Shown here one piece after another: positions 45,606-55,069 of a DNA stretch of 64,000 nucleotides (position 1 is the first letter of the stretch; the number at the start of each line of letters is the position of its first letter). Below the pieces are notes generated by a model. It did no database searches, was not told where the DNA came from, and saw only the letters and a program-made list of their open reading frames with translations. The translations under genes were made by a program, and so were the position numbers. The stretch is from NCBI GenBank assembly GCA_963705705.1, contig CAVPKK010000005.1:1-64000 (forward strand). The letters are read 5' to 3'. The DNA is from an uncultured bacterium (GTDB lineage: Bacteria; Babelota; Babeliae; Babelales; JABCYS01).

Positions 45606-47678
45606 ATGAGCAACAACTACGCACCTTTCTCAAAGCCGTTCGCAAGCCGACAAGCACCGCCATGCTATGCCCACAATAAAATAGAATGCGCCATCTGCCC
45701 GACTACTGCGCTCATAGAGTTCTTGGGCTCAGGTATTATTAAGGGCATAGGCATTTCTACCGCTACACGGTTAGTAGATAAATTTGGCGACGATGTTTTT
45801 ACCATCCTTGAAGAGCAGCCCGCCAGATTGCGTGAAGTTTCTGGTATAGGGCCCAAAAAAATTACCGTGATTCGAGAGTCGTGGGAGAAGAATAAAGGCG
45901 CGGTTACCGTCATGCGGTTTTTGCAAGAAAAAGGTATCACTCCGGGCTATGCTGCCCGCATATATAAGCATTATGGGAATAATACGATCCCAGTTGTTCA
46001 GGAAAACCCATACCGCCTAGCTGAAGAAGTTTGGGGAATCGGGTTTAAATTAGCCGATACAGCTGCGCAGCATCTCGGCTTTGCGCGCGAATCAATTAAA
46101 CGTATCAAGGCCGGCATTACCCATGCTATCAGCGCAGAAGTACTGCAAGGGCATTTATATGCAGAGTTGGACAACCTGAGAAATAAAGCAGCCGTTTTAT
46201 TGGAATTGGAGCTCGCCAAATATGCCGCTCAATTTAAGCTCGCCTTTCAAGAGTTGCATCATCAAAGCAAGCTCAAATTAATTACTCTCAATGAAAAGCA
46301 TTTCGTTACGCTATCGCTGTATTATTATTCGGAGAAAAGCGTCGCCGAACGAGTGAAGACATTAATCTCGCGCGCTTCTGAAAATAAATTCGATACAGCC
46401 AAAATTTACGAGCAGCTCCGCCTCCCAGATGCTCGTCGCGTCACACTGAATGAGCAGCAGCAAATTGGAATCCTAACTGCGCTGCAGAATAATGTGACTA
46501 TTATCACCGGCGGGCCCGGCACTGGTAAAACAACCATGATTAGACGGTTGTTAGATGTGCTAGATGAGCAAAACCTTCAATACAAACTTGCAGCCCCGAC
46601 CGGGCGAGCGGCCAAGCGGATGAATGAAAGTACCAAGCGTTTTGCGTTAACACTCCATCGGCTTTTAGAGTTTGATCCGCAAAGCAGAACCTTTGCCTGC
46701 AATGAGCACAATGCCCTAAAGACTGATTATTTGATTGTCGATGAAGCTTCAATGCTCGATATTTTCTTGGCCCAGGCCATTTTGAAAGCTCTGCCATACA
46801 CTTCTCATTTAGTGTTAATTGGCGACGTTGACCAATTGCCAGCCGTTGGCGCAGGTAATTTTTTGCATGATCTTATTGCAAGCGGAAAGATTCCCACCAT
46901 TCAATTGAACCATATCTTTAGGCAGGCACAGGACAGCTTAATTGTAGTCAACGCCCACAATGTAAATGCTGGCAAATTCCCAACTGGCTATTTAGAAACG
47001 GCAAAGCGGGATTTTATTTATATCAAGGAACAGTTGCCCGAAAAAATGAATGAATTGTTAACTGAGATTTTTACTTCGACCTTACAAAAACATGGCATCA
47101 GCCCCACACAAGCCATGGTGCTTACTCCTATGCACCGTGGGATTGTTGGCACGGCAGAGATGAATAATCATCTACAACAACTGTTTCAAAATAGATCCAC
47201 TCTTGCCGGTTCATCGCGAAATCAATCCTTTGTGCGTAACCGGTTCGGTACCACCTACTATGTCGGCGACCGCGTAATGCAGATCAAAAACAATTACGAT
47301 AAAGAAGTGTTTAATGGCGACGTGGGTTTTATAAGTGATATTTCATATGCGAACCAAACATTAGAAATCTCATTCGATTCAAAAAGAGAAACAGTCACCT
47401 ATGATTTTGATGAGATTGATGAACTTACCTTGGCATACGCCATTTCAGTCCACAAAAGCCAGGGCTCGGAATACGATGCCGTTATCATTCCGCTATTCAT
47501 GCAACATTTCATGATGCTGCAACGCAATTTACTCTACACCGCTATAACGCGCGCCAAGAAATTATGCATTTTAGTCGGCCAACCAAAAGCAATAGCGCTG
47601 GCTATCAAAAATAATAAAGGCAGCCAGCGCATTACGTTCTTAAAAGAATATTTAACTACTGATTTGATTTGCCGTTAG
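45606..47678 (+). CDS. recD2: RecD2-like SF1B helicase; N-terminus short and start uncertain
   Basis: LGSG.IKGIG, ENPYRLA, TGGPGTGKT, APTGRAAKR, VDEASM and AYAISVHKSQGSE. Confidence 0.92.
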   Translation: MSNNYAPFSKPFASRQAPPCYAHNKIECAICPTTALIEFLGSGIIKGIGISTATRLVDKFGDDVFTILEEQPARLREVSGIGPKKITVIRESWEKNKGAVTVMRFLQEKGITPGYAARIYKHYGNNTIPVVQENPYRLAEEVWGIGFKLADTAAQHLGFARESIKRIKAGITHAISAEVLQGHLYAELDNLRNKAAVLLELELAKYAAQFKLAFQELHHQSKLKLITLNEKHFVTLSLYYYSEKSVAERVKTLISRASENKFDTAKIYEQLRLPDARRVTLNEQQQIGILTALQNNVTIITGGPGTGKTTMIRRLLDVLDEQNLQYKLAAPTGRAAKRMNESTKRFALTLHRLLEFDPQSRTFACNEHNALKTDYLIVDEASMLDIFLAQAILKALPYTSHLVLIGDVDQLPAVGAGNFLHDLIASGKIPTIQLNHIFRQAQDSLIVVNAHNVNAGKFPTGYLETAKRDFIYIKEQLPEKMNELLTEIFTSTLQKHGISPTQAMVLTPMHRGIVGTAEMNNHLQQLFQNRSTLAGSSRNQSFVRNRFGTTYYVGDRVMQIKNNYDKEVFNGDVGFISDISYANQTLEISFDSKRETVTYDFDEIDELTLAYAISVHKSQGSEYDAVIIPLFMQHFMMLQRNLLYTAITRAKKLCILVGQPKAIALAIKNNKGSQRITFLKEYLTTDLICR

Positions 47679-48894
47679 CCTTGGCTATTGGAGGTAGCTT
47701 TCCATTTGGAAGAGTCTTCGATTTCGCAGCAGCCTTAGCTTTTTTGCCCTGGCCGGCTTGACCAGTTTTTGGCAGTTTCTGGGATGGAAGATTTGGCGTG
47801 CTTGCAATCGGTTGACTTCCTTCACCATTGGCGCTGTTTGCGGGTTGGGTTTTAGCAACCCCATTGGCGTGACCAAGTGTAGGTAGTCGCTCTTTTGGCT
47901 TGTGAGTTGTTTCAGGACTCGCAGGTGCACTTGTCTGACTGCTCTTGCGTTGTCTTGGTAATGACACTAGCTGAGTAATAGTTCTTTTCTCATCAGAATC
48001 CAACTCGCCGTTCGCAAAAGAAATATCTATTTGAGCTGTGCCTGGCGCTTCTAACGCAGGCAAAACCTCAGATTCGTCTAACTGGTCGCCCGCTAATCGT
48101 TTAACCAAAGTCTTCCGCAATTCAGCAAGGCAAAGGCGCGTTGTTAGAGTGTAGTAACCACGGATTTCAGATGCACGGCGTAGACCGGCGATATTGTCTC
48201 CTAATATATAGGTTCGCACATGAGGAGCGATAATGCTTAATGCATAAGTACTTTTTTGAAGTGCATGCCATATAGGCAAATGCCCATTGGCTGGCGCAAC
48301 ATTGGGATCAGCTTTGTGCGCAAGCAACGTTCTCACGATCTCATGCTTGTTGTTATCAATCGCGACTGTTAATGGGTTGCAAGTCTGACTATCATTTTCC
48401 ATATTAACATCAGCGCCCATAGCTATGATTGTTCGAGCTAATAATAGTGGCGATCGTTGGACAGCATACAACAGTGGAGTGTCGCCATCCTTTTTACCAT
48501 TAATATCTGGCTTGTTTTCATTGAAATGAGCAATGGGTAGGAATAAAGGATTGAAAGAGCTATCAAGGTTTAATCGATAGCCAAACATGTTGGCGAGTTT
48601 TTCAAAATCTTCGCTTTCTACGGCTGCCCACATCTTTTCCCGAAGCCTGATCCCAGATACCTCTGGGCTAATCCCTGATGCCGGACTATCGGGTTGGCTA
48701 AGAAATAAAGAGAATTTACGCGCCAAACGAGCACTGAGCGACAAAAAGGGAGGCATCTGCGAGCTTATAGACCCTAGACTAAGACTGACTTTGGGGCTTG
48801 AATTATTTCCAGTTTCAGCCGAATTGCTTGTACCAAAAGCATGATTAGCCAAGGCAAAGGCACAAATCAATGAAAAAATGAGTTTAATTTCCAT
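47656..48894 (-). CDS. Secreted ankyrin-repeat protein with a disordered basic C-terminal tail
   Basis: Signal peptide MEIKLIFSLICAFALANHAFG; GDTPLLYAV...GADVN and NPLTVAI...LLAHKADPN. Confidence 0.85.
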   Translation of the reverse strand: MEIKLIFSLICAFALANHAFGTSNSAETGNNSSPKVSLSLGSISSQMPPFLSLSARLARKFSLFLSQPDSPASGISPEVSGIRLREKMWAAVESEDFEKLANMFGYRLNLDSSFNPLFLPIAHFNENKPDINGKKDGDTPLLYAVQRSPLLLARTIIAMGADVNMENDSQTCNPLTVAIDNNKHEIVRTLLAHKADPNVAPANGHLPIWHALQKSTYALSIIAPHVRTYILGDNIAGLRRASEIRGYYTLTTRLCLAELRKTLVKRLAGDQLDESEVLPALEAPGTAQIDISFANGELDSDEKRTITQLVSLPRQRKSSQTSAPASPETTHKPKERLPTLGHANGVAKTQPANSANGEGSQPIASTPNLPSQKLPKTGQAGQGKKAKAAAKSKTLPNGKLPPIAKANGKSNQ

Positions 48895-49034
48895 ATTGCC
48901 ACTCCATTTTGATGAAAAAACGTTCAAATTTAAAGGTTTTTTAGATACCTTCAATTATGACAATATGAAAACATATTTCAAATGCCCTAGGCCTGAGAAG
49001 GATGGGCTATTTTGCGGTTTTAGGCCAATCGAGC

Positions 49035-49670
49035 CTATTGAAGGAGTTCTTGCGCTTCCTTCGATGCCGCTTCTCTTGCCTCTAACGCCTTTATTAAAAT
49101 GCGTTGGATCGCTGAATTCTCAACAGCTCCTGCAAATTCAAGATCATTGATGATTGTATAAGTATAGGTAAGAGGCGCCAAAAGGCTAACCAATTTCTCA
49201 TTACCAGATTGTACTGCTATGGAAAGTGGCGCAAGAACTGGGGCTAAGTTAGAATCTGCTCCATTGGCAAGCAAATAAGCTACCACATCCTCATTTTCGA
49301 GCTCTACCGCACGCGTTAATGGGGTTTTGTTGAGATCATCATTTAGCAGATTGGGATCAGCGCCAAGAAACATGAGGGTTGGAATTATTGATGGATCATT
49401 ATCGACTGCCCAAAGTAGTGGTGTAGTACCGTCCATTTTTGCATTAATGTAGGGTTTACTCCCTCTGAATCCTTTTATTCGTTCAGGTATTAAACGGTCA
49501 TTAATAAGCTTTTCCTCAAAGCCAAATAGACGTAAAAGAGCAGGGGCATCAGAATTTTCAATAGCTTTCCACATGCGATTATTACGCTGCTCAGCTGATG
49601 CCGAAGTACTTTCGGCTGTACCAACTATTGATACGGCTACTATAAATGAAATAACTAAACGACGGAGCAT
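49035..49670 (-). CDS. Secreted ankyrin-repeat protein, paralog of 47656-48894
   Basis: Signal peptide; GTTPLLWAV...GADPN and TPLTRAV...LLANGAD; shares MW.A.E..D...L...FG and KP.IN.K.DG with its neighbour. Confidence 0.85.
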   Translation of the reverse strand: MLRRLVISFIVAVSIVGTAESTSASAEQRNNRMWKAIENSDAPALLRLFGFEEKLINDRLIPERIKGFRGSKPYINAKMDGTTPLLWAVDNDPSIIPTLMFLGADPNLLNDDLNKTPLTRAVELENEDVVAYLLANGADSNLAPVLAPLSIAVQSGNEKLVSLLAPLTYTYTIINDLEFAGAVENSAIQRILIKALEAREAASKEAQELLQ

Positions 49671-49962
49671 ATTTGTATCCTTTTTTCTTCAAAGCTTTTT
49701 GGCCTTTTAAATTACTACCATTCGAGGATACAATATTTTTGCTCAAAATTTCAATGAGGCACGATATGCGATTGACCATAATTGCAAAGATAGTGATAAA
49801 ATAGCTTATTAATAAGCATTTTATAAAGCTCTCATTATGTCGGTCGCCACAAAACAATATCATAATTCAATGAATATCTTGTTTTCTGATTATTCAGTTC
49901 GTTACTATTAGTGGCATAGCACCGTAGGGGGAATTGCATTATCAAAGCATACAAAGGAAGTA

Positions 49963-51498
49963 ATGGTGAAGAACCATCTAAAACTAGGATTGTTAGTCCT
50001 AAATCTCTGCACAATTAGTTCCGTGCATGCCGAACTATTAATTATCAAACATATCAATGAAAGCTTTGCGCCTTTGGATGCAAGCGATGATCACAATAAG
50101 GCTGCGCTTGCCGACATATTTTTGAACTTTGAATGGCCGATGGTTATTGCTAATACCAAGCTGACCAAAAAGGAAATGGATGATCTTTTGACTCCGGGCA
50201 AACCATTTGCTGAAAAAGAATTTATTCGAGCGAAGGTGAAACAGATCGATCCTAATTACGATGTAATTTTTGTACCCACAACACTATACGAACTTTTTGC
50301 GATAGGCGAAATTCATGACAATGAAAAAATAAAATTTCCGAGTTATTCCGCGCAAAATCCGTTAGAAAGCGCAGCATTAGAATATGCGAAAGCTTCTCGC
50401 GATAAGTCGGTCTTTTATCCTACTGCCTTTTCGTTTATTAATACGCAGCTCGCGGAAATTTTATTGAGCAGCTTCCTATCGGCCAAAGCCCAAAGCTGTG
50501 CTGAATTAGAAAACGACATTCAGAATCAAGCAAATTTAATCGCTGCTTTTTTAATTCACAGAATGAGAGATGTCGGCTTACGGAAATTTATAAAAAGGCA
50601 TGACATTTCCGCTGATAATCTCAATACGGTTAAAGCCTATGGCGCAATAGCACAGATTATAACACTTGAATATCAAGCAAGAGCACAAAATATGGGAATG
50701 CTTTTGAGAGGCGCAAACTTTAGCAATGTCTATAAAACTAGCTGGGCTCAATTGCGAGAATTACCTCCAGAAAAAAGAGGAAAAGCAAGCATAAAAATCG
50801 CCGGTAGTACGATACATGAGCGAGACCTAGAAGAGATTGCAAAAGCTTATAAAACGAAGGCTATGGAACCATATTCTATTTCATATGGTAATACATTGTT
50901 CGGTGGTTTTTTTAATGATCAGGGAGCTTGCGTTTATGCATTTCTTACGACGCATGGCAGAGAAGGGTATGCATTATTTATTAATAAAAAGGAGTACATG
51001 CAAAATCGAATTATGGATTTATTCAACATTGCTTCTTTCCCGCCACTAATATCACTTTTCGAGCACGGCGAACATTTTCATTCTCGCGCAGTAGCTGCAG
51101 TGCCGGTTAAGGAAAAGGAAAAAAACATTATTGGATTGGCTACATCCTCATCGGCTCGCTATAGAACAATTAGAAATCCTTTGGTGCATGCAGAGTTATT
51201 TTCTAATTACCTTGCGCAACATATGCATGTCTTTTCAATAGGGAATGAATCAAATTTCATCCCGCAAGAAAAAAAAGCATTCGATGAAATATTAATCGAA
51301 GAAACAAATAAAATGCGAGAAAATCAAAAGGAATTAGCACGGTATTATAAGGCAATTCGGACACTAGAGCCGTTTGCCAAAAAGGTCTGGGAGAAAGTTC
51401 GTAAACAGTTAGAACAAAACAAGAAAAAAGCAGCTGAATCAAAAAAACAAACTTCTTCAAATCAACAAAAAGAATCTGTTGTTGCTGCAAGCGAATAA
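49963..51498 (+). CDS. Secreted protein of an unknown paralog family (member 1)
   Basis: Signal peptide ending VHA-ELL; conserved WPMVI, LLRG, YSISYGN.LF, D.GAC.Y and GEHFH.R. Confidence 0.8.
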   Translation: MVKNHLKLGLLVLNLCTISSVHAELLIIKHINESFAPLDASDDHNKAALADIFLNFEWPMVIANTKLTKKEMDDLLTPGKPFAEKEFIRAKVKQIDPNYDVIFVPTTLYELFAIGEIHDNEKIKFPSYSAQNPLESAALEYAKASRDKSVFYPTAFSFINTQLAEILLSSFLSAKAQSCAELENDIQNQANLIAAFLIHRMRDVGLRKFIKRHDISADNLNTVKAYGAIAQIITLEYQARAQNMGMLLRGANFSNVYKTSWAQLRELPPEKRGKASIKIAGSTIHERDLEEIAKAYKTKAMEPYSISYGNTLFGGFFNDQGACVYAFLTTHGREGYALFINKKEYMQNRIMDLFNIASFPPLISLFEHGEHFHSRAVAAVPVKEKEKNIIGLATSSSARYRTIRNPLVHAELFSNYLAQHMHVFSIGNESNFIPQEKKAFDEILIEETNKMRENQKELARYYKAIRTLEPFAKKVWEKVRKQLEQNKKKAAESKKQTSSNQQKESVVAASE

Positions 51499-51512
51499 AA
51501 AGGTTGAACCCA

Positions 51513-53063
51513 ATGAACAGCCGAAGATTAGCATTTTTAGTCAGTCTCTGTGCAATTACTGCAGTGCAGGCTGAGCTATTGGTCATCAAGCAGACCGATG
51601 AAGGTTTCGCACCTTTGGATGCCGGTGATGTTCACAATAAAAATGCTATCGCCAGTATATTTTTGAACTATGAATGGCCTATGGTCATCGCTAATACCCG
51701 GTTGACCAACCAAGAAATGGATGAACTTTTGACTGCGGATAGGCCAAATGCTGAAGAAGAGTTCTTTAGAGCGAAGGTTAAAGAAATCGATCCGCATTAT
51801 GATGTCGTATTTGTTCCAACATCTATGTACGAACTATTCGCCTTAACTAAATTAAAATCTTCCAAGAAAGGACCGCTTAATCCACTGACGGCAATTCTTG
51901 CAGATATGCAGGCCGAAGAAAACTCAGAGAAAATAGCAGTACCTTACGCCTTGCACAATCCTTTTACGGATTATAATGAGCCCATCCGGGTAACGTATGA
52001 AAGAGTTTTTAAACAATTTAGAAGCTTCAATAACTATTTTTATCCTGAAGCATTCTTTCATGTAAATTCTGATCTTGTCGAAGAACTATTTTCTATCGAT
52101 GGCTCCTTGCAAGCAAGCAAGGATGTAACCAACCTAGCAAACAGAATCAGAACTACGTCTGCCACTATTGCCGCCTCACTTATAAACAAACTACCGGCAA
52201 GATTCAGAGTTCTTATTAAACATGAATTGGATCCTGACCGAACTAATATCAAGCCCAACGGAATACTTGCTCAAGCCATAGCATTGGAATATAAAGCGCG
52301 AGCAATCAATAAAGCCATATTGTGGCGCGGCACTGGACCGGTTGAATTAACCAAGGGCAGCGGTGGCGGAAAACTTCAACATATACATACCACTTCGCGC
52401 AGCGGTAATCTTAAAGAACTTGCCCAGCGAACCCTGGAACCTTTTTCAATATCATTTGGCAACTCGCTTTTTGCAGGAATCATTCATGATATTGGCGCAT
52501 GTGCCTATGACAAAATTATTGATACAGGTGGGTATGCGCTTTTTATAGACAAGAAATACTACATTAAGAACTTGTATGCTGGGTTCCAGAAATCACTCGA
52601 TTTATTTTTTATTGCGCCATTATCAAACTTGGCCGGGCTCTTTGCTGGCGGCGAATTCTTCCATTCACGTGTAAAAGCAGCTGTGCCGCCAATAATCCTC
52701 AAAAAGGGGCAGAGGCCTCCAGAAAGATCTATGATCGGCGTTGCTTACTTGTCCTTCATTGATCGCAATGGCCTTTTAACTACCGAACGCGATCCATTAG
52801 TTCACGCTGAGATCTTTAGCAAATACTTGGCGAAGAATATGCATCCTATAACCAAAGGCGATGAACCAACTTTAACACAAGAAGAACACAAGGAATACGA
52901 AGAAAAGCTGGCAGAAGCGCAACTGCAGGCTGGTCAATATTACAAAGCAATAAGAAAACTTCAGCCGTTTACAAAAAAGTTCAGCGCAAAGGTGCGCAAA
53001 CAATTGGAAGAAGAAAAGAAAAAGGCAGCTTCTTCTAAAGGTGAAACTTCTTCAATCAAATAA
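51513..53063 (+). CDS. Secreted protein of the unknown paralog family (member 2)
   Basis: Signal peptide ending VQA-ELL; LWRG, FSISFGNSLF, D.GACAY and GEFFHSR. Confidence 0.8.
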   Translation: MNSRRLAFLVSLCAITAVQAELLVIKQTDEGFAPLDAGDVHNKNAIASIFLNYEWPMVIANTRLTNQEMDELLTADRPNAEEEFFRAKVKEIDPHYDVVFVPTSMYELFALTKLKSSKKGPLNPLTAILADMQAEENSEKIAVPYALHNPFTDYNEPIRVTYERVFKQFRSFNNYFYPEAFFHVNSDLVEELFSIDGSLQASKDVTNLANRIRTTSATIAASLINKLPARFRVLIKHELDPDRTNIKPNGILAQAIALEYKARAINKAILWRGTGPVELTKGSGGGKLQHIHTTSRSGNLKELAQRTLEPFSISFGNSLFAGIIHDIGACAYDKIIDTGGYALFIDKKYYIKNLYAGFQKSLDLFFIAPLSNLAGLFAGGEFFHSRVKAAVPPIILKKGQRPPERSMIGVAYLSFIDRNGLLTTERDPLVHAEIFSKYLAKNMHPITKGDEPTLTQEEHKEYEEKLAEAQLQAGQYYKAIRKLQPFTKKFSAKVRKQLEEEKKKAASSKGETSSIK

Positions 53064-53339
53064 AATATTGTTCGCCAAAAGAACTATATTTCTGGACGAG
53101 CAAAGCCGATTTCTAAATCTTGGTACATTAGAATGAATTAATATCTATCATCAAAATAATCCGACTAATAGCAAACTAAAGTCTTCGATCCAATTTCGAA
53201 ATTACGCATTCAATCAAATCATTCTTATCACTCAGTACAAATAGACAGAGAGCCCATAGTGGCCCATTGACGCCCAAATTGTTACTCAGCATGCTGGTCG
53301 CCATGATTAGTAAACCATTATGTATTGGAGGATTCTTCT

Positions 53340-54437
53340 ATGAAGAAATTTACACTGTTAGGTCTAGCTGTACTGCTAGCATCTTCTTTTATTCAAGCAA
53401 CCAACGAAGCTGATGAAGAAGAAGGCATCTTCTCTCGTGCATGCACTGCATATGTTGATGCCAACGTTAACATAGCGCAGTGGGCAGGTGAAAAGCTTAA
53501 TTTAGGTATAGCAGAGGCAGCCGCCTGCGGCGGTTTAATGGTAGATGGTAAAGCAGCAGAAGGTTTTGATTCTTCTATTCAATCTCACCGATATCGGACA
53601 ACTGCTGTCGTAACTTCAGCTGCAATTGCTCTTACCTATGGCGTTTACAAGCTTGGACAAGCGACCGGTATTAATGCGAAAATCGCTCATGTTAAAGATG
53701 CGCTTTGTAGGCCTTTTCGGTCAGCCGATAAGAAAGAGGCTGACGAAGCTCAAGCAGTGACTCCTTTAACTAATACTGATAGTTGCAAAAAAGATCTTTC
53801 TACAGACCCAGCTGCGCTTGCAAAAGATCAGGTAAAGCTTGGTCTACAATTTCTTTCTGGCTATGTGGTTCCTCAAAATTTGGCTCTTGCCCATGCCTAT
53901 TTTCAAATGGCTGCAAATCAAACTGCATCCCCAAAAGCCCGGGCTGAAGCTCAGTTATACCTTGGCAGACTATACCTGGATGGAAATGGCGTTCAGAAAG
54001 ATTTAGTTAAAGCACGCGAATATCTGACTGCTGCTGCCACAAATGCCCAGGCATCTTTTGACGCAATCTTGATGGGCAGCGATTTGCTTATCAGATTAGA
54101 AAAAGAAGAAAAAGCATTGCATCCCCAAAATAGCGCGCTGAAGAAAAAGAACATTATTGATAATCTACAGTCCCTGGAAAAAGTGCTTCAGGAAAATAAC
54201 TTAAAACAGCATCTACCGGTAGTGCAAGATACCCTCAGATCATTTCAAACTAAGCCATATGGATTGAATCTGATCAAGAGCGCTGCAATTTTAGCAATAG
54301 CAATTAACGGGCAAACGGAGGTCAAATATTTTGGCCAACCAACGACGATCTCAGTATTTTTAGATCCAATTATGGAAACCATTAATACAGAAATGATACG
54401 ATTGGAAAAAGAAGCAGCTAATAAGACAAAGGCCTAA
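53340..54437 (+). CDS. Secreted Sel1-repeat protein
   Basis: GGAGG RBS; signal peptide; two Sel1 repeats (LG..FLSG..VPQN...A...F.MAA and AQLYLG.LY.DG.GV.KD..KA..Y...AA). Confidence 0.85.
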   Translation: MKKFTLLGLAVLLASSFIQATNEADEEEGIFSRACTAYVDANVNIAQWAGEKLNLGIAEAAACGGLMVDGKAAEGFDSSIQSHRYRTTAVVTSAAIALTYGVYKLGQATGINAKIAHVKDALCRPFRSADKKEADEAQAVTPLTNTDSCKKDLSTDPAALAKDQVKLGLQFLSGYVVPQNLALAHAYFQMAANQTASPKARAEAQLYLGRLYLDGNGVQKDLVKAREYLTAAATNAQASFDAILMGSDLLIRLEKEEKALHPQNSALKKKNIIDNLQSLEKVLQENNLKQHLPVVQDTLRSFQTKPYGLNLIKSAAILAIAINGQTEVKYFGQPTTISVFLDPIMETINTEMIRLEKEAANKTKA

Positions 54438-54470
54438 ATAAAACTGACTAAATGTAAGCAAACATTGGAA

Positions 54471-54507
54471 GGAAGGGCCTCCTGAATTAACATAGGGAGG
54501 CCCTTCC
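54471..54507 (+). terminator. Strong hairpin after the Sel1 gene
   Basis: 12-bp perfect stem GGAAGGGCCTCC/GGAGGCCCTTCC; no clear U-tract. Confidence 0.55.
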
Positions 54508-54556
54508 CATTAATCCAAAAAACATTAACAAAAAAAGCGAGTAGGGCAAACTAATC

Positions 54557-54973
54557 ATGAATCACAAATCGGAAACTTTTACCATTCCTGAACATGAGCT
54601 CGAGATTACTGCAAGCCGAGCAGGTGGCCCGGGCGGACAGCACGTCAATACGAGCAGTACACGCGTTACAGTTCGTTGGAATATTCGCAACTCTATGGCA
54701 TTGACTGAAGAGGAAAAGGCGAGGGTTTTAGAAAAGTTGCGATCTCAGGTCACGAGTGATGGGGATATTATTGCTCATTATGGCGGCTCTCGCAGTCAAC
54801 ATCAAAATAAAGAGCTTGCTATTGAACATCTAACGAAAAAAATTCGCAAAGCGTTGTACGTGCCAAAAAAGCGGCTAAAAACGCGTGTATCCAAATCTGC
54901 TAAAGAAGCTCGGTTAGAATCAAAGGCAAAGCATAGCTTTATCAAAAAGATGCGAAGCAAGAAATTTGATTAG
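54557..54973 (+). CDS. arfB: Alternative ribosome rescue factor ArfB (peptidyl-tRNA hydrolase)
   Basis: SRAGGPGGQHVN, RSQ..N and a basic C-terminal tail. Confidence 0.93.
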   Translation: MNHKSETFTIPEHELEITASRAGGPGGQHVNTSSTRVTVRWNIRNSMALTEEEKARVLEKLRSQVTSDGDIIAHYGGSRSQHQNKELAIEHLTKKIRKALYVPKKRLKTRVSKSAKEARLESKAKHSFIKKMRSKKFD

Positions 54974-55002
54974 ATTTACCTTTGAAAATTGACCTACTCT
55001 GT

Positions 55003-55040
55003 AAAAAAAGGCGCCTCCTAAGGGAGACGCCTTTTTCTTT
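55003..55040. terminator. Bidirectional intrinsic terminator
   Basis: A run, then stem-loop GGCGCCTCC-TAAG-GGAGACGCC, then a T run, between convergent genes. Confidence 0.8.
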
Positions 55041-55069
55041 AATTGCCTATCAATCAGTGCATAAACAAA

